DNA of 38,380 nt from the IMG/VR virus record IMGVR_UViG_3300042553_000273, positions 1 through 38,380 of that record, one strand, 5' to 3'. Position 1 is the stretch's first letter, and every line of letters starts with the position of its first letter. The translations under genes were made by a program, and so were the position numbers. This stretch comes from a virus (lineage: Duplodnaviria > Caudoviricetes). Below are positions 1-9,057 of this stretch, piece after piece. Under the pieces are notes generated by a model that did no database searches, had not been told where the DNA came from, and worked only from the letters and a program-made list of their open reading frames with translations.

Positions 1-147
1 TCAGGTATTGGCAGTTCGGGCAGCGATGTATCTGTACCCGTGTCGGCAGGCTCCATTGGCAATATTTCAGGCCTTTGAATATTTACCTCAGAATTAAATT
101 CTTCAATGGTCTTTTTCAGTCCATTAAGTTGGTTTTGCAGAAGATTT
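1..147. repeat. Terminal direct repeat, copy 1 (circular assembly overlap)
   Basis: Identical to 38234-38380 except C21 vs A38254. Confidence 0.97.
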
Positions 148-2045
148 GCTTGCTCTGTTTTTTTCTTTGCCCCAATCCAATCACCTTTAAATGCAAGAAG
201 TTCTGCCTCTGTATTTAGCTTAGAAATTTCCTCTGTAACAAGTTCAATGGCAGTCTTTGCTTTCCCGTTTCCATTGGTATTGTCATTCGTTGTGGTAGTC
301 AATGATGACATACTATTTACAAGGCTTTTCGTATCGGCGTCAAGATTGTTAATCTCGCTGTCAATTTTAGTAACCTCGTTTTGGGCAACATCGTATGCCT
401 TGGCTTGCTTTTCAATTTGAACTAAAAGGTCATCACCAGTTGTAATTACCCTCCTTGTTTGTTCTGCCTTTTCCCTTTCAGTTTCGCTTAATGCTAATTC
501 ATTGATTCTTTGGTCTACCAAACTTTGATTGTACTGAGCAACGGTCATGCCCCTTTCCTCCAAAAACTTCTTTTCTAAAGCATTAAGTTTTGCCTCCTCT
601 TGGGTTGCTTGGCCAGCAAATTTTGCCCTTTGTTTTAGTAGGGTCGTGTATTTCTCCTCCTGAATTTGAAGGGCAATTTTTGCTTTTATGCCCTCAATAA
701 CTTTGTCCTGTGCCTCCTTTAACTGATTTTGAAATGCAACTTCATCCGAAAGGTTTTTTAAAGTAGTCCCATATCGTTTGTTGATTTCATCGATAAGTTC
801 TTTTCTCTCTTGACTTTTTGGGTTTGTCTTAGACAATGCTGAGAAATAGTTATTTGCAACACCAAGTTGTTCTGTTTCTGCCTCAACAAGCCTTTCGGTT
901 ACGCTTTTTAACTCCTCTTGCCTTTCGCTTAATTGGTCTACTTCCTCGCCAGCCTCATCAACCCCATCAATAAAATCAATGATATATGGCAATGCGAATG
1001 CAAATGCCGCTGTGAATAGGTTTGTTTTCAGCGTTTTATTCAATGACAATGTGGCGGCATTCATTGTCATAATACCCTTGGCAACCTGTGGCAACATAGA
1101 AACTAACGGGCCCAACTTCCAACCTCCAAACGCTAATGCCGCTGCGGCTGCCGCCTTGGCAAAAGACATCACGGTGTCCGCATCAAGATTCTCAAGAATT
1201 TGGTTTAAAGATTTCAATGTTGAATTAAAGGTTGGCAGTAACTTTTGCCCCACCTCTGTTTGAAGGTCTTTAAATGTGGCCTCTAATATCCGCTGTTGAT
1301 TGGCAACACCATCCGAAGTCCTTGCGAAATCACCTTGTGCATCTGCCGTCTGCTTAAATATAAGGGCATTGGCCGCTAACACCTTTTGCTGTGGTGTTAA
1401 TGCTCCCTTGGTTGTTTCAATAAGGCCCATTGCCAATGCCTCCTGTTTCAAGGTGGCTTCATCCATTAACACCCCAAACCTACGAATCGGTTCAGCCTCA
1501 CCCCTCAACGCTGCACCCAATGCCAATGCCGCTTCTTCAGGTGTTGTGTTTCCGAATGATGCAAGGTCGGCAGATAATGCCACAAGGTCGGTGCTGAATT
1601 TGCTCAAATCCTGCCCGGTCAATCCAGCCGATTTTCCGAATACACCGAATGAAGCCGCAGCATCAATGGCCTGTTGTTTAGATTGGCCGAACTGCTTGGC
1701 TGAATTACTGGCAAAGTCCTCAACAGCCTTGCTTGCATCCCCAAATATCTGTTGGCTTTTGCTTAATGTTTCGTTCAGGTCGGATGCCGCATCAATGGTC
1801 TGCTTTGTAAATCGAATAATCTCACGGGCAGCGAAGGCCGCAGCTATCTGTTGCCCAAGGTTTTTAATGGTGTCTTTTAAGCCGTTGGCATTTTTGCCTA
1901 CGTCATCAAGGGCCTTGCCAGTTTTTTTACCAGCGTCCTTGGCGGCAGTTTCGACATTGCCTAACCTACTTTTTAAGTCTTCTAATTCCTTTTTGAGCTT
2001 TGTGGTTTCCGCTTGGAATTCCAGCACTATTTTGTCGATGGCCAT
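1..2045 (-). CDS. Tape measure protein, N-terminal part (continues across the junction to 37468; ~936 aa total)
   Basis: Missing from the ORF track because it runs off the edge. ATG at 2045 gives MAIDKIVLEFQAETTKLKKELEDLK...DAASDLNETLSKSQQIFG...LAALSADLASF-type segment...GAALRGEAEPIRRFGV, a typical Ala/Lys-rich TMP. In frame with 37468..38295 through the repeat; lies downstream of the tail chaperone. Confidence 0.92.
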   Translation of the reverse strand, partial: MAIDKIVLEFQAETTKLKKELEDLKSRLGNVETAAKDAGKKTGKALDDVGKNANGLKDTIKNLGQQIAAAFAAREIIRFTKQTIDAASDLNETLSKSQQIFGDASKAVEDFASNSAKQFGQSKQQAIDAAASFGVFGKSAGLTGQDLSKFSTDLVALSADLASFGNTTPEEAALALGAALRGEAEPIRRFGVLMDEATLKQEALAMGLIETTKGALTPQQKVLAANALIFKQTADAQGDFARTSDGVANQQRILEATFKDLQTEVGQKLLPTFNSTLKSLNQILENLDADTVMSFAKAAAAAALAFGGWKLGPLVSMLPQVAKGIMTMNAATLSLNKTLKTNLFTAAFAFALPYIIDFIDGVDEAGEEVDQLSERQEELKSVTERLVEAETEQLGVANNYFSALSKTNPKSQERKELIDEINKRYGTTLKNLSDEVAFQNQLKEAQDKVIEGIKAKIALQIQEEKYTTLLKQRAKFAGQATQEEAKLNALEKKFLEERGMTVAQYNQSLVDQRINELALSETEREKAEQTRRVITTGDDLLVQIEKQAKAYDVAQNEVTKIDSEINNLDADTKSLVNSMSSLTTTTNDNTNGNGKAKTAIELVTEEISKLNTEAELLAFKGDWIGAKKKTEQANLLQNQLNGLKKTIEEFNSEVNIQRPEILPMEPADTGTDTSLPELPIP

Positions 2046-2325
2046 CGGCTTCTTTTGTTTTAAGTTTTAACAAGCGTACAAAGTCGTTAATCGTGCCTGT
2101 GGCCATCAAATCAACGAACTGCGAATGCTCTCCATTACACAAAAATAAGCAATCGGCATCGAAATCACTTAACCAATTGAAGACCGAATCTCTCCAAGAA
2201 TCGACTTTAAGATGTCCTTCTTTTTTGTTTGAAACTGGTCGCTGGCTTGCCATAGCTGCTGCCATACGTCTGCCAGTTGCTCGGCATTGGGTAAGAACTC
2301 GTTCATGCCAGCGGACAAAAAAAAA
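1966..2325 (-). CDS. -1 frameshift extension of the tail assembly chaperone (gpGT-like C-terminal part)
   Basis: The -1 frame relative to 2169..2822 is open from the T9 run (2317-2325) and from A AAA AAG (2220-2226) to the stop at 1966; directly upstream of the TMP. Confidence 0.65.
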   Translation of the reverse strand, partial: FFFVRWHERVLTQCRATGRRMAAAMASQRPVSNKKEGHLKVDSWRDSVFNWLSDFDADCLFLCNGEHSQFVDLMATGTINDFVRLLKLKTKEADGHRQNSAGIPSGNHKAQKGIRRLKK

Positions 2326-2822
2326 TCGTGGTTGACAAACTCACGCTTAAACAAACGCAACTTTTCAGCCTGAATGGTTTCGTTAATTTCAAACGGGTTT
2401 TCATCATCACGGATCAGGTTTAAAGCTGCCAACTCAACAATCAAATCGGTATGCAAGCCCAGTTCTTTGTGGCGGCTTTCGGCTTCCTGTATCGCCCAAA
2501 GGCATTGTTGCAATCCTTTGCCCCTATCCTTTCGGCTTTGCCCTTCAATGGCAGCCACCACGCTTTCACGTGCAATTGCCAAAATGCTGGTCAGTTCATC
2601 GGATGTTAACCGATTATCTAACTGAATTAAGACAGCCTGAATTTCTTTGTAACGCACCAACGGCACATCACCTGAATCCCGAAATTTGTAATACTTATGG
2701 CCATCAATATCGACCATAAACTCGCAGCCAGCTTTCCAGTTTTTCGCATCAGGTTTCAAGGCAACCAACACCGAATCAGGGTAGTGTTTAACCAGCCACT
2801 TGGCAATCTTACTTACGACCAT
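2169..2822 (-). CDS. Tail assembly chaperone (gpG-like)
   Basis: Sits immediately before the TMP, helical, with in-frame slippery sequences near the 3' end. Confidence 0.65.
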   Translation of the reverse strand: MVVSKIAKWLVKHYPDSVLVALKPDAKNWKAGCEFMVDIDGHKYYKFRDSGDVPLVRYKEIQAVLIQLDNRLTSDELTSILAIARESVVAAIEGQSRKDRGKGLQQCLWAIQEAESRHKELGLHTDLIVELAALNLIRDDENPFEINETIQAEKLRLFKREFVNHDFFLSAGMNEFLPNAEQLADVWQQLWQASDQFQTKKKDILKSILGEIRSSIG

Positions 2823-3109
2823 TTGGCAATTTTTAAAATGATACCATTAAGCCCGGCAAGGCAAAACACGAAGATAGGCCAGCCGATAGCGGTCAGCGCA
2901 TCAACAGGTTGGTTGGCAATAATAACATCCCCCCAGTAGGCAATCGTGCCGTAAACGGATGCCATGCATGTAGGGCAGTCAATGACTGGCTTTGCAAGTT
3001 CGGGAAACTGCGAAATAAACCGCCAGCGAAGGTCGTCTAAAATCATACCCTCGGCAGATGAAAGCCACAGGCCGAAGATGAATAGCGAAGTTAAAAGAAG
3101 TGTTGTCAT
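2813..3109 (-). CDS. Small membrane protein with CxxC motif (DUF1360-like)
   Basis: Hydrophobic segments plus IDCPTCMASVYG; overlaps both neighbours. Confidence 0.55.
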   Translation of the reverse strand: MTTLLLTSLFIFGLWLSSAEGMILDDLRWRFISQFPELAKPVIDCPTCMASVYGTIAYWGDVIIANQPVDALTAIGWPIFVFCLAGLNGIILKIAKWS

Positions 3110-3339
3110 GGTTGTTGGTTAAAGGTTTCGTTGTAGTATTGTTCTGCTTGCTTAGTAGCTTCCATTTCTAATGGGTATATAAGTCCTGTTAAGTGCGCAC
3201 CAATAATCTGCTCCTTGAACATTTCATCGGCTTGCATAAACAAGCCAATTACTTGCATGGTTTGGTCTTGGGTTAGAATTGTACCCTCCAGCGCTTCTTG
3301 AAGCCAATGTACCGCCGTTTGTTGATTGTTGTTGTTCAT
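3106..3339 (-). CDS. Hypothetical phage protein (QTAVxWL...AEQYYNETF type)
   Basis: Motif pattern I recall from aquatic Bacteroidota-type phages; 4-nt overlap with the downstream gene. Confidence 0.7.
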   Translation of the reverse strand: MNNNNQQTAVHWLQEALEGTILTQDQTMQVIGLFMQADEMFKEQIIGAHLTGLIYPLEMEATKQAEQYYNETFNQQP

Positions 3340-3351
3340 GGTTGTTGTTGT

Positions 3352-3726
3352 TTATATTGGTTGAATCATTTGTGTAGAAGGTGCGGCCGTATCGCTGCGC
3401 CAAAAAATAAGAAGAAAGCCATCGTATGCCCCATCAATTGGCACGAAGTTCGCCACGTCATCACCATTAGCCACCACGAATAAAGTGTATGTTGTGCTGT
3501 TGTTGAAGAACAACGGGTTAACGGTCAAATCAATGGTAAGCATGCCACTCACGCTGCTTACTATGTCATACTTTAAGACCTTTTTCGACCCATTATGCAC
3601 GATAAATACGTCATAGGCGGTGCTTGGATTGGCCGTACCGATTTCAAGGTCGGCAGCCAGTTGGCAGTTCGTAGGTGCAGACAACACCTTGCATGGTGTT
3701 AAATCTTGTGGGCAGATAGGGTTCAT
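3352..3726 (-). CDS. Hypothetical protein, possibly virion structural (beta-rich)
   Basis: Likely start ATG 3726 (MNPICPQD), in ATGA overlap with the upstream stop. The longer track start overlaps the spanin-like gene. Confidence 0.6.
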   Translation of the reverse strand: MNPICPQDLTPCKVLSAPTNCQLAADLEIGTANPSTAYDVFIVHNGSKKVLKYDIVSSVSGMLTIDLTVNPLFFNNSTTYTLFVVANGDDVANFVPIDGAYDGFLLIFWRSDTAAPSTQMIQPI

Positions 3727-4301
3727 TGTGCTTTGCTGAATTTGTTCAAATATACAGAAGAATCGGCAAAACATGGTGATGAAATTTTGACATAAGCATC
3801 TTTCTTGCCAAGTATCGCACTCCATAGCTTGCCGCCAAACCATTTGCCTGGGCGCTGCCAATATCCAACCACGTTCAATTCGTAGTCGGTTTGAATGGTA
3901 ACAACTGCTGGGCGGTCGGGATGCACGGTTGCGGCAAATTTCATGCACATTGTGTCAAGTTTGAATGACTGGATCGGGCATGGCAAGGTTTCGATATGCC
4001 ACCTATCAACCTCCACCTCAAAGCTATCAATCTTGGTGCGCCATTTAGTTCTATACACGAAATCAACACGGCCACCTTTGATGTTCAGGCTGTCAAGTAG
4101 CCGCTTGTTTTCGGCTTGCAATTGCTGGTTAGTCAAGGTCAATGTTCGGGCGGTTGCCGATGCCGTCTGCTGAATAGCCTCGTAATTGCTGGCGTGCCGT
4201 TCTGCCTCGGCTTTGTAGTTACATGACTGCTTACCCAAGATAAAAGCGGCAATCAGGGCAATGATGCCCCAATGCCGCAGAACAAACCCCGTCCAATTCA
4301 T
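3723..4301 (-). CDS. Putative spanin/Rz-like lysis protein
   Basis: N-terminal TM helix then a coiled coil (LTNQQLQAENKRLLDSL); near the amidase. Confidence 0.55.
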   Translation of the reverse strand: MNWTGFVLRHWGIIALIAAFILGKQSCNYKAEAERHASNYEAIQQTASATARTLTLTNQQLQAENKRLLDSLNIKGGRVDFVYRTKWRTKIDSFEVEVDRWHIETLPCPIQSFKLDTMCMKFAATVHPDRPAVVTIQTDYELNVVGYWQRPGKWFGGKLWSAILGKKDAYVKISSPCFADSSVYLNKFSKAQ

Positions 4302-5332
4302 CGTACTTTACGATTGTCAATACGAAAGTTCTCAACACTAAAGTTGCCATCTTCTTCGATTTCAACAATGGCCGCACCGTGATTCCACTTGGTAAAAGCG
4401 AATGGCCGATACGCTGGCCGCAAATCACAAAGGCAACCCGTAGAAAAGCAAGCAACTCCTTTGCCGTTTAGGTCGCTTTCGTGATGCTCCGATGTTTGGT
4501 GATTGTGGCCAGCCAAGGTCGAAGCCTTACCCCGCAGAAACAACCCCCGTGCTGGGTTAACTGGACTAAAGATGCTATCCCCGAATTCGTGGCCGTGAAT
4601 GACGTTTAGTTTGCCAAACTTGGCTACCTGTTTGCTGTCGATTAACTCAATTTCAAAGTCATCTAAGCCAAGGGCGTTTTTTAATTGCAGCCCGTCAAGG
4701 CCATGCAGTTCAGGTGCGTTCTGCAAGATGTAGCGTTCCCACCTGTCTTCGTGGTTGCCTAATTTGTAGTACACATCAACCCCCAAATTGGCAATCCCCT
4801 CAAAAAAGTTACGGGCCATGCCGACCTCAACAACGGCAGATGTAATGGCTGGATCCTTTTCCCAACGGCTAATCTTGGCGAAATCAATCACATCACCATT
4901 TAGGTATATGCCGTCAATGCCGCTTTTAAACCCGTAATCAATAGCCGTTTCTAATGCTTCTAAAGAATGGTAAGGTATGTGAATGTCGGACATGACCAAA
5001 ACCTTTCTGTGATGCTTAGGCAAATGCCAATCGGCCTTACTGGTTGTTTCGCCACGCTGAATGAAATTCGCCATGTATTCGCTGGGCTTCATTTCATCCC
5101 TAATAAACTCGGTGCGAAGTTTGCCTGAGTTCTTAGCCCATTCTAAATGCTTTTTGCCAAGCGCACCAATGCGATACCTTATTGTTTTTCTGACGTATTC
5201 AATCTCTTTGTCTGTTTGCTCAAACAGGCCCGGGTTTTCGGCCACAATTTTTCTTGCTAATGTTCGGGCGAAAAAGCCCGGTTGTTGTTCATCAAGGTAT
5301 TTCTCAATGATTTCAATTTTTTGTTTACTCAT
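4298..5332 (-). CDS. Calcineurin-like metallophosphoesterase
   Basis: SDIHIP, LNGDVID, GNHE, HGH and GHNH motifs. Confidence 0.9.
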   Translation of the reverse strand: MSKQKIEIIEKYLDEQQPGFFARTLARKIVAENPGLFEQTDKEIEYVRKTIRYRIGALGKKHLEWAKNSGKLRTEFIRDEMKPSEYMANFIQRGETTSKADWHLPKHHRKVLVMSDIHIPYHSLEALETAIDYGFKSGIDGIYLNGDVIDFAKISRWEKDPAITSAVVEVGMARNFFEGIANLGVDVYYKLGNHEDRWERYILQNAPELHGLDGLQLKNALGLDDFEIELIDSKQVAKFGKLNVIHGHEFGDSIFSPVNPARGLFLRGKASTLAGHNHQTSEHHESDLNGKGVACFSTGCLCDLRPAYRPFAFTKWNHGAAIVEIEEDGNFSVENFRIDNRKVR

Positions 5333-5352
5333 GGTTCCCTTTTTGGTTTAGC

Positions 5353-5360
5353 CAAATGTA
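5353..5360 (-). promoter_or_regulatory. Bacteroidota -7 promoter box (TACATTTG) for the phosphoesterase gene
   Basis: Matches TAnnTTTG in the intergenic gap. Confidence 0.55.
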
Positions 5361-5387
5361 GTTAAAATACAATAGGCCAAACCCTTT

Positions 5388-5807
5388 TTAAGATTTCTTA
5401 ACGGTTGCCCACCATTTTTTAGCATCGAAACAAGGGCAGGCTTTGGCAACATTTGGGAAGTCCCGATGCCCCAAAACCTCAGCCTTGGGAAATTGCTTGG
5501 CCAGCCTGTTCACAAGTTCAGCCATTGCGTCCTTTTGCTGCGGTGTGCGATTGTCCACAGGCTTGCCACTTGCATCAATGCCACCAATGTAACTGATGTT
5601 GATGCTATCATGATTGTGCCCTTTCACCCCGTTGCTGGGTTTCGTGATCGGCCAGTTCTCAACTATTCTGCCATCCCGTTCAATGATAAAATGATAGCCC
5701 GGCGATTGCCAGTTCAGTACCTTTTTATGGTATCGGTTAATGCTGTCAGCCGTGGCCGTTATGTTGCTGGCCGTGGTGTGCAAAACGATGTAGTTAATTG
5801 CTCGCAT
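5388..5807 (-). CDS. Endolysin, N-acetylmuramoyl-L-alanine amidase (Amidase_2, T7 lysozyme-like)
   Basis: YIVLHTTA, GYHFII, SINISYIGG, GHRDF, KACPCF zinc-amidase motifs. Confidence 0.95.
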   Translation of the reverse strand: MRAINYIVLHTTASNITATADSINRYHKKVLNWQSPGYHFIIERDGRIVENWPITKPSNGVKGHNHDSINISYIGGIDASGKPVDNRTPQQKDAMAELVNRLAKQFPKAEVLGHRDFPNVAKACPCFDAKKWWATVKKS

Positions 5808-6066
5808 CTTCAAATGGGTTTATTGGTTTAGGGGCAACCCAAGGTATCAACGGCAAATCCTTTACCCACATAAATTCTTCGTTCACCGTTTGGTCAATCT
5901 CCTCAATCGAAATCACCCAGTTGGGCGGCTCGTTGCCATCTTGAATTGGGTTGTAGTAGCTGTCAGGGGCAAATAAATGCCCTACCAAACTATCCTTTTG
6001 TTCAATTGTCAGCAAGCCCACGAATTCGGTTTCTTGCCCTAATGGTATTTCGTTTCGTGTTATCAT
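5794..6066 (-). CDS. Hypothetical protein downstream of the tail fibres (possible fibre assembly helper)
   Basis: Coupled to neighbouring genes; YNPIQD...WVISIEE pattern. Confidence 0.6.
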   Translation of the reverse strand: MITRNEIPLGQETEFVGLLTIEQKDSLVGHLFAPDSYYNPIQDGNEPPNWVISIEEIDQTVNEEFMWVKDLPLIPWVAPKPINPFEDASN

Positions 6067-6845
6067 ACTTGGCGGCCTAATGTGGTTTGAAATGCTTGAA
6101 CAACTGTGTAATAGTTAATAACATCTATGGTGTCAATGCCATCTCCTATTGATGCAAATGCTGATTGTTTGTCGCTAAAAAAAGATGGCACTCCGCTATC
6201 ATTTCTTGCACCAATAAATATATTCAGGCTTGGGTATAAAGTTGTGTTGTTTGTTGTTACTAATTGAATTAATGATGCATTTTTAAATCCTTTTCTTGAT
6301 GCCGAATTTTCTTTAGTCCCAGTCCAAAATCCTCGTGCGTCAACATCGCTTAATGAAACGGCAAGCAAATCTCCAGCAATATAATTGACAGCAGGTCTAA
6401 CATGAAAAACATTGTTCCCAATAGCACAACCAATTTCAACTCTAACCCCAGCGGTAGATAAAGTTCTTGAATAATATGAAAGGTGATTGCTTGTGTTTGT
6501 TAGCATTGTGTTTGCATTTAAAAAAGTATCGGCATACGCATTTGTGCCGTTTGGCAATGCCCCATTTGCAGAATGCGTCCAGCCTCCAGCAAACGATAAT
6601 CTAAATGCAGCATTGCTATCAACTGGGTTTTTTAGGTTAAACTTATGCGTTGTAGCCGTGCCCCCAACAAATGGGTAAATGGCTTTCATTTTAGTCCAAA
6701 GGCCGTATAATTTAAGGTCAGTAACTAAAGCATCAATGGCTGATGTTATTGTGCCGTCTGTAATGCCAGCGGCAGTCAAAAAAGCAACCGCATCAGGGTC
6801 TAAAGGTACACCCCCAGCCATCATTTGTAACCGTAACCTTCTCAT
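6063..6845 (-). CDS. Putative tail fibre/receptor-binding protein (beta-rich, lectin-like)
   Basis: Likely start at 6845 (TAATG overlap). DPDAVAFLTAAGIT...LWTKMKAIYPFVGG module followed by a Gly/Thr/Asn-rich beta region. Confidence 0.6.
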   Translation of the reverse strand: MRRLRLQMMAGGVPLDPDAVAFLTAAGITDGTITSAIDALVTDLKLYGLWTKMKAIYPFVGGTATTHKFNLKNPVDSNAAFRLSFAGGWTHSANGALPNGTNAYADTFLNANTMLTNTSNHLSYYSRTLSTAGVRVEIGCAIGNNVFHVRPAVNYIAGDLLAVSLSDVDARGFWTGTKENSASRKGFKNASLIQLVTTNNTTLYPSLNIFIGARNDSGVPSFFSDKQSAFASIGDGIDTIDVINYYTVVQAFQTTLGRQV

Positions 6846-7630
6846 TAAACCGCTGGTGTTATGATGTAACCCACATTCGTGCCTCCCATCCAAAAGAAAA
6901 CAATCAGGTTTACTTTGGTTAGGTCATAGTTAATCGGCCCGAACTTCACCGCCGTGCCGCCTGTTACGACAATAAGCGGTGCAACGCTGTCATCGTGGTA
7001 CACAATTTGGTCAATGCCCCTAACCGCATTTGTCAGGCTAACCGCTATGTTGCCCGTTGCTGGTGCGGCATACGTCCCGTATTCTTTTGGTGTGTCAAGC
7101 GTTATTGCTGTGCCCGTGGTGGCAGCCACCGTGTTCTGTTTGCCAGCCAATGCGCTATCAACGTAACCTTTGGTAGCAGCGTCATCGGTTGCAACGGGTG
7201 TGCCAAGGTTGTTTACCATTTGGCCGCCCATGTCAATATCCCCTGACATCGTGCCGCCTGAAGTATCTAACTTGCCGCCCAATGCAGTATCCACATAGTC
7301 CTTGGTAGTCGCATCGGTGTTGGCAACTGGTGTACCAACATTTTCTATTTGGTTGCCGCCCATATCCAAGTCCCCAGTCATGGTATCGCCAGTCTTTTGA
7401 ACTGCCGTACCAACTTGGCTTAAAGCGTTGTTTGCCGTTGCAAGGGCATTGTTTGCGTTCGTGTTGGCAGACGCCGCCGTACTTGCTGCGCTGTTCGCTA
7501 CCGCCAAGGTGGATGCCATTAGCAGTTGCTTTGTTGTTTTCTTTGATACCCCAGCCTGAACAACGTACAGAACATCTGCATCGTTGCTGGTAGTCGCAGC
7601 GGTTAGTTGTGTTACCTTTTGATTCGCCAT
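6845..7630 (-). CDS. Tail fibre protein with two ~43-aa repeats
   Basis: MANQKVTQL N-terminus, coiled coil, and two G(D/G)TM(T/S)GD(L/I)DMGG...GTPVAxxDAxTKxYVD repeats. Confidence 0.8.
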   Translation of the reverse strand: MANQKVTQLTAATTSNDADVLYVVQAGVSKKTTKQLLMASTLAVANSAASTAASANTNANNALATANNALSQVGTAVQKTGDTMTGDLDMGGNQIENVGTPVANTDATTKDYVDTALGGKLDTSGGTMSGDIDMGGQMVNNLGTPVATDDAATKGYVDSALAGKQNTVAATTGTAITLDTPKEYGTYAAPATGNIAVSLTNAVRGIDQIVYHDDSVAPLIVVTGGTAVKFGPINYDLTKVNLIVFFWMGGTNVGYIITPAV

Positions 7631-8277
7631 TAGATTTCGATAAAGTCGTTTGTTTCTGTTAGTATAAAATCACCGCTTTCAAGCAGTAGAAGGTCGGCAA
7701 TGCCGGGACAAGATGCACCTACAATGCAGTTCAAATCGCCAGTAATGGTCAAATCCACCTCCAGCATAGCAGCGGCCATATCCAGCGGCAACCGAAGGTC
7801 GATATTGTCAAACACCCCGTCCAGCGTTTCAGCACCATACTCCCGATTGGTGACTACCGTTTTGATGCGGTCAAGGCCAAGCGTTGCCCGTAGGCTTGGG
7901 ATATTGTCCACCGTGATAGCCTTTTGCAGGGCCAGCAAAATGTATTGTTCTAAATACTGCGTATCGTTCTGCCATGTGCTTCGGGTACCAATCCAATGAA
8001 ACTTTAATGGTATGGTGATTTGCACCCGTTCTTTGTTGGCACGAACCCGATCCAGCAGTTCAATATCCTCAGCCCCGTTCTTCAACCAAAAAGACATACC
8101 CGTCCGCCAGTCGAATCGTGTAATGTAGTCAAGGTTGCCTTTGCCGTCATACACAACTGGGAAAGTACGCAGGTTGCCGTCTTTGCCTGTTTCTTCAACA
8201 AGCTGGCATAACGGCCGTGCAACTGCCGAAATATTGGGCAGCCGGGCGTTCAAGTACGATAGAATGTCTGAAATCAT
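7630..8277 (-). CDS. Putative tail terminator/neck structural protein
   Basis: Position between the neck and fibre genes; C-terminal LLLLESGDFILTE motif. Confidence 0.5.
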   Translation of the reverse strand: MISDILSYLNARLPNISAVARPLCQLVEETGKDGNLRTFPVVYDGKGNLDYITRFDWRTGMSFWLKNGAEDIELLDRVRANKERVQITIPLKFHWIGTRSTWQNDTQYLEQYILLALQKAITVDNIPSLRATLGLDRIKTVVTNREYGAETLDGVFDNIDLRLPLDMAAAMLEVDLTITGDLNCIVGASCPGIADLLLLESGDFILTETNDFIEI

Positions 8278-8777
8278 TTGAACAAATCTACAACAATTTG
8301 TTCGGCCCTGTCGGTGAATTCTTTGCGTTCGGCATCCGAAAACTTGAAAGCATCGCCATATTTGTCTAAAAGCGCATCAACTTTAGCCTTCGGGTTGCCA
8401 GCGTTGTAGGTCATGCCTGTCGCTATAACAAACCCTGTGTCGCTAACTTTTAGTTCGGGGTTGACAATTGATTCAAGATACATTTGGTTAAACAAACGAA
8501 ACAATACCATCTTGCCACGGTCTAATTTGCTTTTGAAAGCCTTGTAACCGCCCTTGTAAAACCCAGCATCATCAGCGGTAGGGGTTTGCATCGGGCCAAT
8601 ATATATAGGCTTTGTTGAATACTCAGGTTTAATAGGTGCTCCATTAGCATCAAGCCCATCTTGAAATATGCGCTTAAATTGTGTTTTCCCAACACTTGTA
8701 GACAAACCCACAAACCGCTTGCCGTTGATTGCCCGTTCAGCCTTGTTCAGCTTTGCGATGTAGTCCTTGGTAGTCAT
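8274..8777 (-). CDS. Putative neck/tail completion protein
   Basis: KRIFQDGLDANGAPI...YST motif resembling virion morphogenesis proteins; ends F.FSDAE. Confidence 0.55.
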   Translation of the reverse strand: MTTKDYIAKLNKAERAINGKRFVGLSTSVGKTQFKRIFQDGLDANGAPIKPEYSTKPIYIGPMQTPTADDAGFYKGGYKAFKSKLDRGKMVLFRLFNQMYLESIVNPELKVSDTGFVIATGMTYNAGNPKAKVDALLDKYGDAFKFSDAERKEFTDRAEQIVVDLFK

Positions 8778-9001
8778 TTACCCGTGATGCGTTTGATTTC
8801 GGCTTCAACTTCGCTTAAAAGTTCGTAGCGGTAGTAGCTATCCACCCCGTCAACGTGCTTAACGCCGTACTTCAGCTTATCGCTGCCGTCATAGCAAATG
8901 GTAACTACAATGGCTGGGCTTTCGGGGTCAATCTTAGCGAAGACAATATCGCCGGGCCATAGGTCGTTTACTTCAAGTAATTGGTTAACGTGGTCTTGCA
9001 T
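8774..9001 (-). CDS. Small hypothetical protein (SH3-like pattern)
   Basis: PGDIVFAKIDPE...YRYEL; a -7-like box sits 4 nt before the ATG. Confidence 0.65.
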   Translation of the reverse strand: MQDHVNQLLEVNDLWPGDIVFAKIDPESPAIVVTICYDGSDKLKYGVKHVDGVDSYYRYELLSEVEAEIKRITGK

Positions 9002-9022
9002 AACACTAATTTATGCAATCGA

Positions 9023-9052
9023 TTTGAAAGTGAAAGGTTTTTATTAGTTTTG
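9023..9052 (+). promoter_or_regulatory. Bacteroidota sigma70 promoter for the tRNA-like RNA
   Basis: TTTG (9023-9026), 18-nt spacer, TAGTTTTG (9045-9052), ending 5 nt before the acceptor stem. Confidence 0.7.
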
Positions 9053-9057
9053 AAAAC

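Noticed and set aside
1-147. Biological terminal repeat
   Set aside because: It lies mid-gene and is read-length sized, so it is more likely an assembly overlap.
106-2070. Plus-strand ORFs 106..420, 979..1263 and 1300..2070
   Set aside because: Antisense shadows of the tape measure gene.
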